DNA of 64,000 bases from an uncultured Desulfurivibrio sp. (GTDB lineage Bacteria; Desulfobacterota; Desulfobulbia; Desulfobulbales; Desulfurivibrionaceae): the NCBI GenBank assembly GCA_964441875.1, contig CAYTVV010000004.1:394-64393 (forward strand). Reading direction: 5' to 3'. Below, piece by piece: positions 54,877 through 63,532 of this stretch. Numbering within the stretch: position 1 is the stretch's first letter; each line of letters begins with the position of its first letter. The notes beneath the pieces were generated by a model. It saw only the letters and a list, made by a program, of their open reading frames with translations. It made no database searches and was not told where the DNA came from. A program made the position numbers and the translations under genes.

Positions 54877-55974
54877 ATGAAAAATCATGACAGCTTTTCT
54901 CCTCAACTCTACAGAGTATGTTTTTGTTGTTTTGCAATTTGGTTGGGATCGATGACCATTGCCTTTGGGCAGGGCGTGGCGGTTGACGATGAACCGGCTT
55001 TTGGGGAAGAGCGGGATATTGGCCTAGTTTCTGATCCTCTGGAGCCAGTCAATCGTGTGTTTTTTCATTTTAACGACAAGCTCTACTTTTGGGTGGTCAA
55101 GCCAGCATCTCAAGGATATTCTTATCTTATTGCCGAAGATGTGCGCATGTGTGTGCGGAGCTTTTTGAAGAATCTTCTGGCTCCGGTTCGGATTGTTAAC
55201 AATCTTCTTCAGGGAAAAGTTGCGGATAGCGGGATCGAAACCGCCCGCTTTGTTATCAACTCCACTCTTGGGATTGCCGGGCTGGCCGATCCTGCAAAAA
55301 AGGAGTTCGGTCTGCCTCCCAAGGATGAAGACTTGGGGCAAACCTTGGGAGTGTATGGGGTTGGAGAAGGCATTTATTTTTGCTGGCCTTTTTTCGGGCC
55401 TTCGAATGTGCGTGACACCGTTGGGCTGGCGGGGGATTTCTTCTTGAGCCCAGTGTCTTATCTTGCCATGTCTGACGCTGGTGCTGGGGTGGCTGTGGAG
55501 GCTGGCAAGGAGGTGAATAACACCTCTCTTACTTTGGGGGATTATGAAGATTTTAAGGAGTCTGCCATTGATCCGTACGTAGCCTTGCGCGATGCATACC
55601 GGCAGTATCGGCAGAAGAAGATGCGCGATGTTGCGGTGGGTAGCGATTCCATGTACATTTCTTCCTTTGGCAAGATTGAAAAAGTATACGCTCAGGATAT
55701 GCCTGGTCAGAGTCCGTCGGAATTGAATTCCGTCCGGGTTCCTGCTGATGATTATTTTGTTCAGGTTGGAACCTCGTTTGATACCGAAAAAGTTCTTTAT
55801 ATGCGGGAAGCCTTGCTTGCCATGAATAAAGAGTCGGTTGTTAAGGTGTATGATCGGGGAGGAGAGAATTTTTACGTTTTAGAGGTGCCAGCCGGCAAAA
55901 AGTTTGCGCTGGCCAAGCAGGAGGCGAAAAGGCTCTGCGCCTCTGGGTTCAGCGAGGCCAGAGTTGGTCAATAA
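54877..55974 (+). CDS. mlaA: MlaA/VacJ family lipoprotein with a C-terminal SPOR-like domain
   Basis: DPLEPVNRVFFHFNDKLY, NNLLQGK, NSTLGIAGL.DPA (VacJ blocks). C-terminal YFVQVGTSFD...FYVLEVPAGKKFALAKQEAKRL resembles a SPOR repeat. Confidence 0.7.
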   Translation: MKNHDSFSPQLYRVCFCCFAIWLGSMTIAFGQGVAVDDEPAFGEERDIGLVSDPLEPVNRVFFHFNDKLYFWVVKPASQGYSYLIAEDVRMCVRSFLKNLLAPVRIVNNLLQGKVADSGIETARFVINSTLGIAGLADPAKKEFGLPPKDEDLGQTLGVYGVGEGIYFCWPFFGPSNVRDTVGLAGDFFLSPVSYLAMSDAGAGVAVEAGKEVNNTSLTLGDYEDFKESAIDPYVALRDAYRQYRQKKMRDVAVGSDSMYISSFGKIEKVYAQDMPGQSPSELNSVRVPADDYFVQVGTSFDTEKVLYMREALLAMNKESVVKVYDRGGENFYVLEVPAGKKFALAKQEAKRLCASGFSEARVGQ

Positions 55975-56009
55975 TGTTGTCACGTCATGGAATGATTTTA
56001 GAGGCGAAA

Positions 56010-56642
56010 ATGAAAAACAGTAACGTGTGGTTTCTAAAGGTTTTTGCGGTGATTGTTTTGGCAGTTGCGATCCCTGTCTTGTGTCATGATATTTCCTATG
56101 CTGCGGTAACTGATCCTGTCGTTGTCATAAAGGATGCCGTTGACGAAATTATCTCGATTCTTCAGGACGAAAAGCTCGTCACGCCAAATCGCAGGGCGGA
56201 GCGGAAAAGTCGTGTGGTTACTATTGTCGAAAAGAAATTTGATTTCCGCGAGATGTCCATGCGCACATTGGCCAGGCATTGGCATGAAAGAAGCCCGGAA
56301 GAGCAGGACCGATTCGTCTTCTTGTTTAAGACTCTTTTGGAAAACACATATATCGCGAAGATAGAAACCTACTCCGGCGAAAAAGTCGTTTTTAAGAAGT
56401 CTGCCCTCCAGGGGAATAAGGCTATAGTTTATAGCGAGTTAGTCCGGAAAAATGTTGAAACCCCAGTTAATTACAAGCTTAAAAATAGTGACGATCGCTG
56501 GATGGTTTATGATGTGGAGGTGGAGGGCGTGAGCCTGGTGAATAATTACCGGACTCAGTTTGCCAGTATTCTGGACAAAGAAAATTTTGCCGGACTCCTT
56601 GCCAGGCTTGAAGAGAAGGTCAAGAAAGGGGCTGTTGAATAA
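56010..56642 (+). CDS. mlaC: Phospholipid-binding periplasmic protein MlaC (Ttg2D family)
   Basis: Signal peptide; FDFREMSMRTLARHW, F..LLENTY, RWMVYDVEVEGVSLVNNYRTQF. I place the start at MKNSNV after GAGG. Confidence 0.8.
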   Translation: MKNSNVWFLKVFAVIVLAVAIPVLCHDISYAAVTDPVVVIKDAVDEIISILQDEKLVTPNRRAERKSRVVTIVEKKFDFREMSMRTLARHWHERSPEEQDRFVFLFKTLLENTYIAKIETYSGEKVVFKKSALQGNKAIVYSELVRKNVETPVNYKLKNSDDRWMVYDVEVEGVSLVNNYRTQFASILDKENFAGLLARLEEKVKKGAVE

Positions 56643-56648
56643 ACGCGC

Positions 56649-57122
56649 ATGGGCACTGTTGAAGGAATGCTTTTTGGGAAATACCTTCCTGATGAGTTAA
56701 AAGATATATTTTCTTTTTTGACCGCTGAAGAGATGGGGGAGTTGTTTGCCTATCTCGAGTTTCGTGAATGGCAGTCTGCGGAAATTGTGATGAAAAGCGG
56801 TGATCCCGGTGATTTCATGGGATTTTTGGTTGGGGGAAAGCTCGCCGTCAAGATGGAGGCGATATTCCCGGATAAATTCATTTTGGTTGCCGTGCTTGAG
56901 CGCGGAAGCATGGTGGGTGAGATTTCTGTTGTGGAAGGGGGGCAGCGTCATGCCATCGTCGTTGCCACGGAAAAAAGTCAGCTCCTCACCCTCTCTCGAG
57001 AAAATATGGAGCTGATGCTCAGGCAGTCCCCTGCACTTGGTTTGAAATTTTTTCGACGAATTATTCATGTGCTTGGTCATCGCTTAGGTAAGGCGAGTGA
57101 TCGTCTTGCAAGATTGCTGTAA
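56649..57122 (+). CDS. Stand-alone cyclic-nucleotide-binding (cNMP) domain protein
   Basis: GDPGDFMGFLVGGKL...GSMVGEISVVEGGQRHAIVVA (GE...R.A phosphate-binding cassette). No DNA-binding domain. Confidence 0.7.
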   Translation: MGTVEGMLFGKYLPDELKDIFSFLTAEEMGELFAYLEFREWQSAEIVMKSGDPGDFMGFLVGGKLAVKMEAIFPDKFILVAVLERGSMVGEISVVEGGQRHAIVVATEKSQLLTLSRENMELMLRQSPALGLKFFRRIIHVLGHRLGKASDRLARLL

Positions 57123-57224
57123 CCTCTTGTAATCCCCTATTTTTCAGGCTGTTGTTGGTCGTGATTGTCGGAGATTTCCTCTTGGGCGTGGTGTCAATGG
57201 GGAAAATTCGGCAGGTGAATTTCC

Positions 57225-57252
57225 TTGACAATGCGCCGCGTTTATTTATATT
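57225..57252 (+). promoter_or_regulatory. Sigma-70-like promoter for yceD-rpmF-plsX-fabH
   Basis: TTGACA-N16-TATATT, about 40 nt upstream of the yceD start. Confidence 0.5.
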
Positions 57253-57289
57253 GATCTGTTCCAATTTTTGGATTGCGAACAGGTGATGT

Positions 57290-57808
57290 GTGCGGGTCAG
57301 ATGGGATGAAATACCAGTAGGCGGCCTTTCTTTTAGGCTAGACGATGATTCTTGGTTGCCTGGGGATGAGATCCTTTGCCAAGGATCGTCGCAGTGCGCC
57401 GTTTCCCTTAAAAAAGAGGGCGAGCGGGTTCTGTTTGCGGGCACTTTGCGTCTTCCCGTTGTTCTTGAATGTGATCGATGTCTTGATTCTTTCGTTTATA
57501 CCTTGACGGAAGAGTTTGAGGTTGTTTTTGAGTTGCTTGCCAAAGAGGACGAGGTTGGTGTTGCTTCGGAGCATTTGTGCAAGGACAGTGAATTGGATGT
57601 TGTTTGTCTTGCTGAGCCGGTTGTGGATGTTTTTTCCGTGCTTGCGCAACAGGTGTATCTTGGTTTACCTGGAAAAAAGCTTTGCAACGATACGTGCCTT
57701 GGTTTGTGTGCAAAGTGCGGGGTAAATTTGAATCGTTGCTCGTGTGATTGCGCCAAGGGGGGAAGCGCATCCCCCTTTAGTATCTTGGCAAAGCTGAAAA
57801 CCCAGTAG
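57290..57808 (+). CDS. yceD: YceD/DUF177 family protein (large-subunit rRNA accumulation)
   Basis: Conserved position upstream of rpmF. CDRCLDSF...CNDTCLGLCAKCGVNLN motif. GTG start. Confidence 0.75.
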   Translation: MRVRWDEIPVGGLSFRLDDDSWLPGDEILCQGSSQCAVSLKKEGERVLFAGTLRLPVVLECDRCLDSFVYTLTEEFEVVFELLAKEDEVGVASEHLCKDSELDVVCLAEPVVDVFSVLAQQVYLGLPGKKLCNDTCLGLCAKCGVNLNRCSCDCAKGGSASPFSILAKLKTQ

Positions 57809-57976
57809 AAGGGCGTCCTTTTTTTTCTGGAGTTTTTGTTGGGATGGATGTGGCTTCCGTGCGTGGGCTGCGGAGCAAAAAAACGTGTTGCTTGTGTTGA
57901 ACCTGTTGAATTTTTTTGAGAAACCCGTTACAGACAACAAGCTGTAACCGAGATCTTTCCAATTGGAGGAAAAGTA

Positions 57977-58159
57977 ATGGCTTTACCGAAAAGAAGACAT
58001 TCCCATGCTCGTACCAGAATCCGTCGTTCCCACGATGCGTTGTGTGGCGTAACCGTTTCCACTTGCTCCGAGTGTGGCGAGCCGAAGCTTCCGCATCGTC
58101 TTTGTCCTGGCTGCGGGTCATATAAGGGCCGTACCGTCGTCAAGCTGACCGCAGAGTAA
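57977..58159 (+). CDS. rpmF: 50S ribosomal protein L32
   Basis: MALPKRRHSHARTRIRRSH... with a CSECGE..CPGCG zinc ribbon. GGAGGA SD. Confidence 0.95.
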   Translation: MALPKRRHSHARTRIRRSHDALCGVTVSTCSECGEPKLPHRLCPGCGSYKGRTVVKLTAE

Positions 58160-58171
58160 TAGAGTTACGCC

Positions 58172-59230
58172 ATGGCGTTGCATATTGCCTTGGATGCCAT
58201 GGGCGGGGACCGAGGCCCGGAAGAAATGGTTTCCGGGGCAGTCATGGCTGCGCACGGTTCGGATCTTGAGATCAGCCTGATTGGTGATCAGGCCAGGCTC
58301 GGGGCCATTCTAGCAAGCCATGGCACTCCTTCATCCCGGATTCATCTGGTCCATGCCTCCCAGGTTGTTGGCATGGATGAATCCCCCTTTGACGCCATCC
58401 GCAAGAAAAAAGACTCATCCATCATGAAGGCCTTTGCCCTCCACAAAGAGGGTAGATGCGACGCTGTTGTCAGCGCCGGCAATTCCGGGGCGACCATGGC
58501 CGCAGCCCTTAAGTTGCTTGGCCGCTTGGAGCATGTCTCCAGGCCAGGAATCGCGGGCATTTTCCCCACCTTGAAAGGGCCGGTTGTGATGATGGATGTG
58601 GGTGCCAACGTTGATTGTCGCCCCGAACATCTGTTTCAATTCGGGGTCATGGCCACCGCTTTTTCTCAGATACTCTTTGGCCTGGACCGACCCCGGGTCG
58701 GTCTGCTCAGTATCGGGGAAGAGGGGGGGAAGGGCAATGTCCTGGTGAAAAAATCCCACGAGCTGTTTCAGCAGAGTTCCTTGAATTACATCGGCAATGT
58801 CGAGGGCCGCGACACCTTTCAGGGGGATGTTGACGTCATGGTCTGCGATGGCTTTGTCGGTAATGTTTGCCTCAAACTCAGTGAGGGGTTGGCCGAGGCG
58901 GTCATGGGCATGCTGGGGGAGGAGATTGCCAAGAGCTTCAAGGCAAAACTCGGCTATCTGCTTGCCAGGGACGCCTTTGTTTCCTTTAAAAAACGGGTTG
59001 ATTATGCCGAGTATGGCGGCGCCCCCCTGCTCGGCATCCGGGGCAACGCCATTATCTGCCATGGCCGCTCCAATGCCGTGGCAATAAAAAATGCCATTCG
59101 GGTTGCTTCTGAAATGGCCCGCAATAAGGTCAATGACCGAATCCTCGAGCTTTTTTCCCTTGATCATCTCTTGGTGCAACAGGATGAACTCCTGCCGGCT
59201 GAAGCCGCTGTTGTCGGGGTAACTCCATGA
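58172..59230 (+). CDS. plsX: Phosphate acyltransferase PlsX
   Basis: IALDAMGGDRGP, VSAGNSGA, GAPLLGIRG..I.HG.S. Confidence 0.9.
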   Translation: MALHIALDAMGGDRGPEEMVSGAVMAAHGSDLEISLIGDQARLGAILASHGTPSSRIHLVHASQVVGMDESPFDAIRKKKDSSIMKAFALHKEGRCDAVVSAGNSGATMAAALKLLGRLEHVSRPGIAGIFPTLKGPVVMMDVGANVDCRPEHLFQFGVMATAFSQILFGLDRPRVGLLSIGEEGGKGNVLVKKSHELFQQSSLNYIGNVEGRDTFQGDVDVMVCDGFVGNVCLKLSEGLAEAVMGMLGEEIAKSFKAKLGYLLARDAFVSFKKRVDYAEYGGAPLLGIRGNAIICHGRSNAVAIKNAIRVASEMARNKVNDRILELFSLDHLLVQQDELLPAEAAVVGVTP

Positions 59231-60204
59231 GCCGTGCGGTTATCATTGGGACAGGTTCCTGTCTTCCCGAAAGAATCCTCACCAACGCGGATCTTGAAAA
59301 GATAGTTGATACCTCCGATGAGTGGATTACCACCCGGACGGGGATCAAGACCCGGCATATTGCCCAGGCAGGCGAGGAGACTTCCAAGCTCGCCAGCGAG
59401 GCAGCCCGTCGTGCCCTGGACATGGCCGGGGTCACCCCGGCGGAAGTGGACATGATCGTCGTCGGGACGATCTCCTGTGAAAAGGCCATGCCCTCCTGCG
59501 CCTGTCTTGTGCAAAAGGAGCTGGAGGCGGTCAACGCCTTTGCCTTTGATATCAACGCTGCCTGTTCCGGTTTTCTCTACGGCCTTGATCTTGCCGACAA
59601 ATACATCCATCATAACCCGGACATGAAGATTCTGGTGATCGGCGCGGAGAATCTTTCCGCCCGGACCAACTGGCAGGACCGCAATACCTGCGTGCTTTTT
59701 GGGGATGGGGCCGGAGCCTGCCTGGTGACCGGCAACGACCAGGGCCGGGGCATTCTGGCGAGCAAGCTCTATGCGGATGGCCGGTTGTGGGAGTTGCTCC
59801 ATATGGACAGCGCCCCCAGCCTGAACCCCGATCTCTGCACCCTGCCAAGCGATGGCTCCTTCATCAAGATGGTGGGGAAGGATGTTTTCCGCTACGCGGT
59901 CCGGGCCATGGCGGAGGCCATCACCGCCGTCCTTGAAAAAGAGGGTCTTGCCATCGCTGACATCTCCCTCATTGTGCCCCATCAAGCCAATATCCGTATC
60001 CTGAAAAATCTGGCGGATCACCTCAGTGTGCCGCTCGAAAAAATCTATATTAATGTGCATAAATATGGTAATACATCGGCGGCGACCGTGCCGATTGCCA
60101 TGGACGAGGCGAACCGGGAAGGCCGATTGCAGCAGGGAGATCTGCTTCTCATCTGCACTTTTGGCGGCGGTTTTACCTGGGGTGCAGCCCTGGTCAGGTG
60201 GTAG
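59227..60204 (+). CDS. fabH: 3-oxoacyl-ACP synthase III
   Basis: TSDEWITTRTGIKTRH, active-site NAACSGF, HQANIRI, GNTSAAT.P. Confidence 0.9.
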   Translation: MSRAVIIGTGSCLPERILTNADLEKIVDTSDEWITTRTGIKTRHIAQAGEETSKLASEAARRALDMAGVTPAEVDMIVVGTISCEKAMPSCACLVQKELEAVNAFAFDINAACSGFLYGLDLADKYIHHNPDMKILVIGAENLSARTNWQDRNTCVLFGDGAGACLVTGNDQGRGILASKLYADGRLWELLHMDSAPSLNPDLCTLPSDGSFIKMVGKDVFRYAVRAMAEAITAVLEKEGLAIADISLIVPHQANIRILKNLADHLSVPLEKIYINVHKYGNTSAATVPIAMDEANREGRLQQGDLLLICTFGGGFTWGAALVRW

Positions 60205-60262
60205 GCACAGGGAGCGCCATTCCAACCGCATATATCAAAGTAATTGAGGACAAGGGGGCAGA

Positions 60263-61420
60263 GTGGATTATTTCTTGAGCGAAGAGCAGCAGATGATCGT
60301 TGATGTTGCTCGGCAGATCACCGATGAAATGATTGTTCCGCAAAGGGCGGAATTGGATGAAACCGAAGACTATCCCCGTGATATCTTAACCGCTATCGCC
60401 AAGGCCGATTTGTATGGCCTCTATATCCCGGAAGAATATGGTGGTCTGGGTGGGGGGTGCTTTGAGATCGTCCTGGCCCTTGAGCAGTTTGCCCGCGGCT
60501 GTACCGGGGTGGCCACCGCCTTTGCCGCCAGCGCCCTGGGCGCATACCCGATTCTTATCTCCGGCAGCGAAGAGCTGAAACAAAAATACATGCCCCTCAT
60601 CGCCAGCGGCGAGAAATTGGCGGCCTTTGCCCTCACCGAGGCCAATGCCGGCAGCGATGCCTCCGGCATCCAGACCACCGCGGTGCTCGACGGCGATGAG
60701 TGGGTCTTGAACGGCACCAAGCAATGGATCACCAATGCCGGAGAGGCCCAGATCTACACGGTTATTGCCATCACCGACAAAAGCAAAGGACCCCGTGGCG
60801 CCACCATGTTTGTGGTCGAGGATACCGACCCTGGTTTTTCTTACGGGGTCAAGGAAAAGAAGCTGGGTATCCGCTGCTCCTCAACCCGGGAGCTGATCTT
60901 CAAGGACTGTCGTATTCCCAAGGACCGGGTCATCGGCCGGATCGGCATGGGCTTTATCACCGTGATGAAGACCCTGGATCAATCCCGCCCTGGCATCGCT
61001 ATTCTTGGGGTCGGTCTGGGGCAGGGTGCTCTGGATGAGGCGGTTACCTATGCCAAGCAGCGAGTGCAGTTCGGCAAGCCCATTATCTCCTTCCAGGCTG
61101 TGCAGCATATCTTGGCCGATATGGCCATCCAGGTCGAGGCGGGCCGCGCCTTGGTATATTCTGCGGCCAAGCATATCGACGCCCACAAAAATGACATGTC
61201 CAAAGCCTCCTCCATGTGCAAGGTGTTTGCCACCGACATGGCGATGAAGGTCACCGTCGATGCGGTCCAGGTCCTTGCCGGCTATGGGTATATGCGTGAT
61301 TATCCGGTGGAGAAGATGATGCGTGACGCCAAGATCCTCCAGATCTACGAGGGCACCAATCAGATCCAGCGTAATGTTATCGGGCAGGAACTCAACAAGG
61401 AGTACATGAGGTCCTCATGA
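60263..61420 (+). CDS. Acyl-CoA dehydrogenase (butyryl-CoA dehydrogenase-like)
   Basis: MDYFLSEEQQMI, FALTEANAGSDA, QILGGYGY-type LAGYGYMRDYPVEKMMRDAKI.QIYEGTNQIQR. Confidence 0.85.
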   Translation: MDYFLSEEQQMIVDVARQITDEMIVPQRAELDETEDYPRDILTAIAKADLYGLYIPEEYGGLGGGCFEIVLALEQFARGCTGVATAFAASALGAYPILISGSEELKQKYMPLIASGEKLAAFALTEANAGSDASGIQTTAVLDGDEWVLNGTKQWITNAGEAQIYTVIAITDKSKGPRGATMFVVEDTDPGFSYGVKEKKLGIRCSSTRELIFKDCRIPKDRVIGRIGMGFITVMKTLDQSRPGIAILGVGLGQGALDEAVTYAKQRVQFGKPIISFQAVQHILADMAIQVEAGRALVYSAAKHIDAHKNDMSKASSMCKVFATDMAMKVTVDAVQVLAGYGYMRDYPVEKMMRDAKILQIYEGTNQIQRNVIGQELNKEYMRSS

Positions 61421-62196
61421 AGATCATCGTTTGCGTAAAACAGGTGCCGGATGCCAAGGATGTCCGCCTGGACCCCAAGACCAACACCCTGTCCAGAGAA
61501 GGGGTGCAAGCCATTATGAACCCCTACGACCGCCATGCCCTTGAGGAGGCGGTTCGTTTGAAGGAGCAGCACGGCGGCACGGTAACCGTGCTCAGCATGG
61601 GGCCTCCCCAGGCCGAGGAGATGCTGCGCGAGGCTGTATCCTGCGGGGCGGACGAGGCGGTGCTCGTTTCGGATCGGGCCTTTGCCGGGGCGGATACCTG
61701 GGCCACCACCTATACCCTGTCCCAGGCCATTAAAAAGATAGATGATTTTGATCTGATCCTGTGCGGCAAGCAGGCCATTGATGGGGATACCGCCCAGGTG
61801 GGTCCCGGCCTGGCAGAGCGTCTGGATATCCCTTTTGTCGCCTATGTGCGCAAGATCAATGACTGCACCGCCACCACCATCCGGGCGGAGCGTTTGATGG
61901 ATGACGGCTACGACCTGGTGGAGGTGCCGTTGCCCGCGCTGTTCACCGTGGTCAAAGAGATCAACGAGCCCAGGATTCCTTCCCTCAAGGGGAAGATGAA
62001 GGCAAAAAAGATCGATATCACCAAGCTGACTGCGGTGGATATCGAGGCAGATCTCGAACAGTTGGGGCTCAAAGGCTCTACTACCCAGGTGGTCAAGGTC
62101 TTCTCGCCGGAATTGCGGGGGGAGCGGTGCATGCTGGCCGGCACAGCCAGTGAGCAGGTTGCCCAGCTCTATGCAAAATTGTCGCCTTTCTTGTAG
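61417..62196 (+). CDS. etfB: Electron transfer flavoprotein beta subunit
   Basis: MKIIVCVKQVPD, ILCGKQAIDGDTAQVGP. ATGA overlap with the acyl-CoA dehydrogenase gene. Confidence 0.85.
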   Translation: MKIIVCVKQVPDAKDVRLDPKTNTLSREGVQAIMNPYDRHALEEAVRLKEQHGGTVTVLSMGPPQAEEMLREAVSCGADEAVLVSDRAFAGADTWATTYTLSQAIKKIDDFDLILCGKQAIDGDTAQVGPGLAERLDIPFVAYVRKINDCTATTIRAERLMDDGYDLVEVPLPALFTVVKEINEPRIPSLKGKMKAKKIDITKLTAVDIEADLEQLGLKGSTTQVVKVFSPELRGERCMLAGTASEQVAQLYAKLSPFL

Positions 62197-62197
62197 A

Positions 62198-62322
62198 CTT
62201 TAGGGGCCGTTACGAAATAACTATTCGATTTTTGATCATCGCCGTTAACACTGCTTCGTTACGGCTCCTTATGCCGGGATGACGACATTTTAATGTTACG
62301 GGTATTTTAAACGACGGCTTAG
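62198..62322 (+). repeat. Family-2 palindromic repeat inserted between etfB and etfA
   Basis: CTTTAGGGGCCGTTACG...CCTTATGCCG...ACGACGGCTTAG. Aligns with the reverse complement of 25645-25766. Confidence 0.75.
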
Positions 62323-62338
62323 ACGAACGGAATTCTCT

Positions 62339-63532
62339 ATGTTACAAATTGATATAGAAGCCTGTATTGGTTGTGGTGTCTGTGAAAGTACCTGCACCTT
62401 CGGGGCTATCAAGGTTGAAGGCGGTATCGCCGTGGTCGGTGAGACCTGTACCCTGTGCGGCAGTTGCGTGGATGTCTGCGAGGTCGGCGCCCTTTCCATC
62501 AAGCGAGAGGAAAAAGCCACCAAGGGCAACCTGGCTGACTGGTCCGGGGTCTGGGTCTATGCGGAATGCAGGCATGGCAAACTCGCCCCCGTCGCCCTGG
62601 AATTGCTCGGGGCAGGGCGTAAGCTGGCCGAAAAAAGAGGAGTTCCCCTTTCCGCTGTTCTTTTGGGTTCAAAAATCGAGGGCATGGCCGAAGAGCTCAT
62701 TGCCTGCGGCGCGGACAAGGTCTTTGTCGTCGATGATCCGGCCCTGGCCTCTTTCACCGATGACGCCTATGGCAATGCCTTGAGTGCCCTGGCCAAAAAA
62801 CATAGGCCCGAGATTATTCTCGCCGGCGCCACGGCCATCGGCAGATCCTTTATCCCCCGGGTTGCCACCACTCTGGCCACCGGTCTTACCGCCGACTGCA
62901 CGGACTTGGCGATCCGCGATGAGGATGGGGCCTTGCTCCAGACCCGTCCGGCTTTTGGCGGCAACATTATGGCCACCATTGTCTGCCCGCATACCCGCCC
63001 GCAGATTTCCACGGTGCGGCCGTTGGTGATGAAGCCCCTTGCCAGGGATGCTGGGCGCAAGGGGGAAATCATTACAGTGAATCTTGACCCGGACCTGCTT
63101 AAGCCCCGGGTCAAGGTGCTTGAGTCGGTGGTGGAAGATCTCGACCGGGTGAACCTTTCCGAGGCCGATATTGTCGTGGCCGGCGGCCGGGGGTTGGAAA
63201 ATGAAAAGGGCTTTGCCATGATCCGCGAACTGGCCGATGTGCTGGGTGGGGCGGTTGCCGCCTCCCGGGCCGCGGTGGACAGCGGCTGGATTCCCTATCC
63301 CCATCAGGTCGGGCAGACCGGCAAGACCGTGGCCCCCAAAATCTATATTGCCTGTGGAATCTCCGGCGCGATCCAGCATCTGGTGGGCATGCAGTCTGCC
63401 GACACCATCATCGCCATCAACCGTGACGCCGATGCCCCGATCTTTGACGTGGCCACCTACGGTATTGTCGGGGATGTCTTCGAGATCGTGCCCATGCTTA
63501 TCGAGAAATTTAAAGATAGGAAGAGCGCATGA
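62339..63532 (+). CDS. etfA: Electron transfer flavoprotein alpha subunit with N-terminal 2x[4Fe-4S] ferredoxin domain
   Basis: [11 protein letters not shown] and [11 protein letters not shown] motifs, then an EtfA core ([20 protein letters not shown]). Confidence 0.85.
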   Translation: MLQIDIEACIGCGVCESTCTFGAIKVEGGIAVVGETCTLCGSCVDVCEVGALSIKREEKATKGNLADWSGVWVYAECRHGKLAPVALELLGAGRKLAEKRGVPLSAVLLGSKIEGMAEELIACGADKVFVVDDPALASFTDDAYGNALSALAKKHRPEIILAGATAIGRSFIPRVATTLATGLTADCTDLAIRDEDGALLQTRPAFGGNIMATIVCPHTRPQISTVRPLVMKPLARDAGRKGEIITVNLDPDLLKPRVKVLESVVEDLDRVNLSEADIVVAGGRGLENEKGFAMIRELADVLGGAVAASRAAVDSGWIPYPHQVGQTGKTVAPKIYIACGISGAIQHLVGMQSADTIIAINRDADAPIFDVATYGIVGDVFEIVPMLIEKFKDRKSA

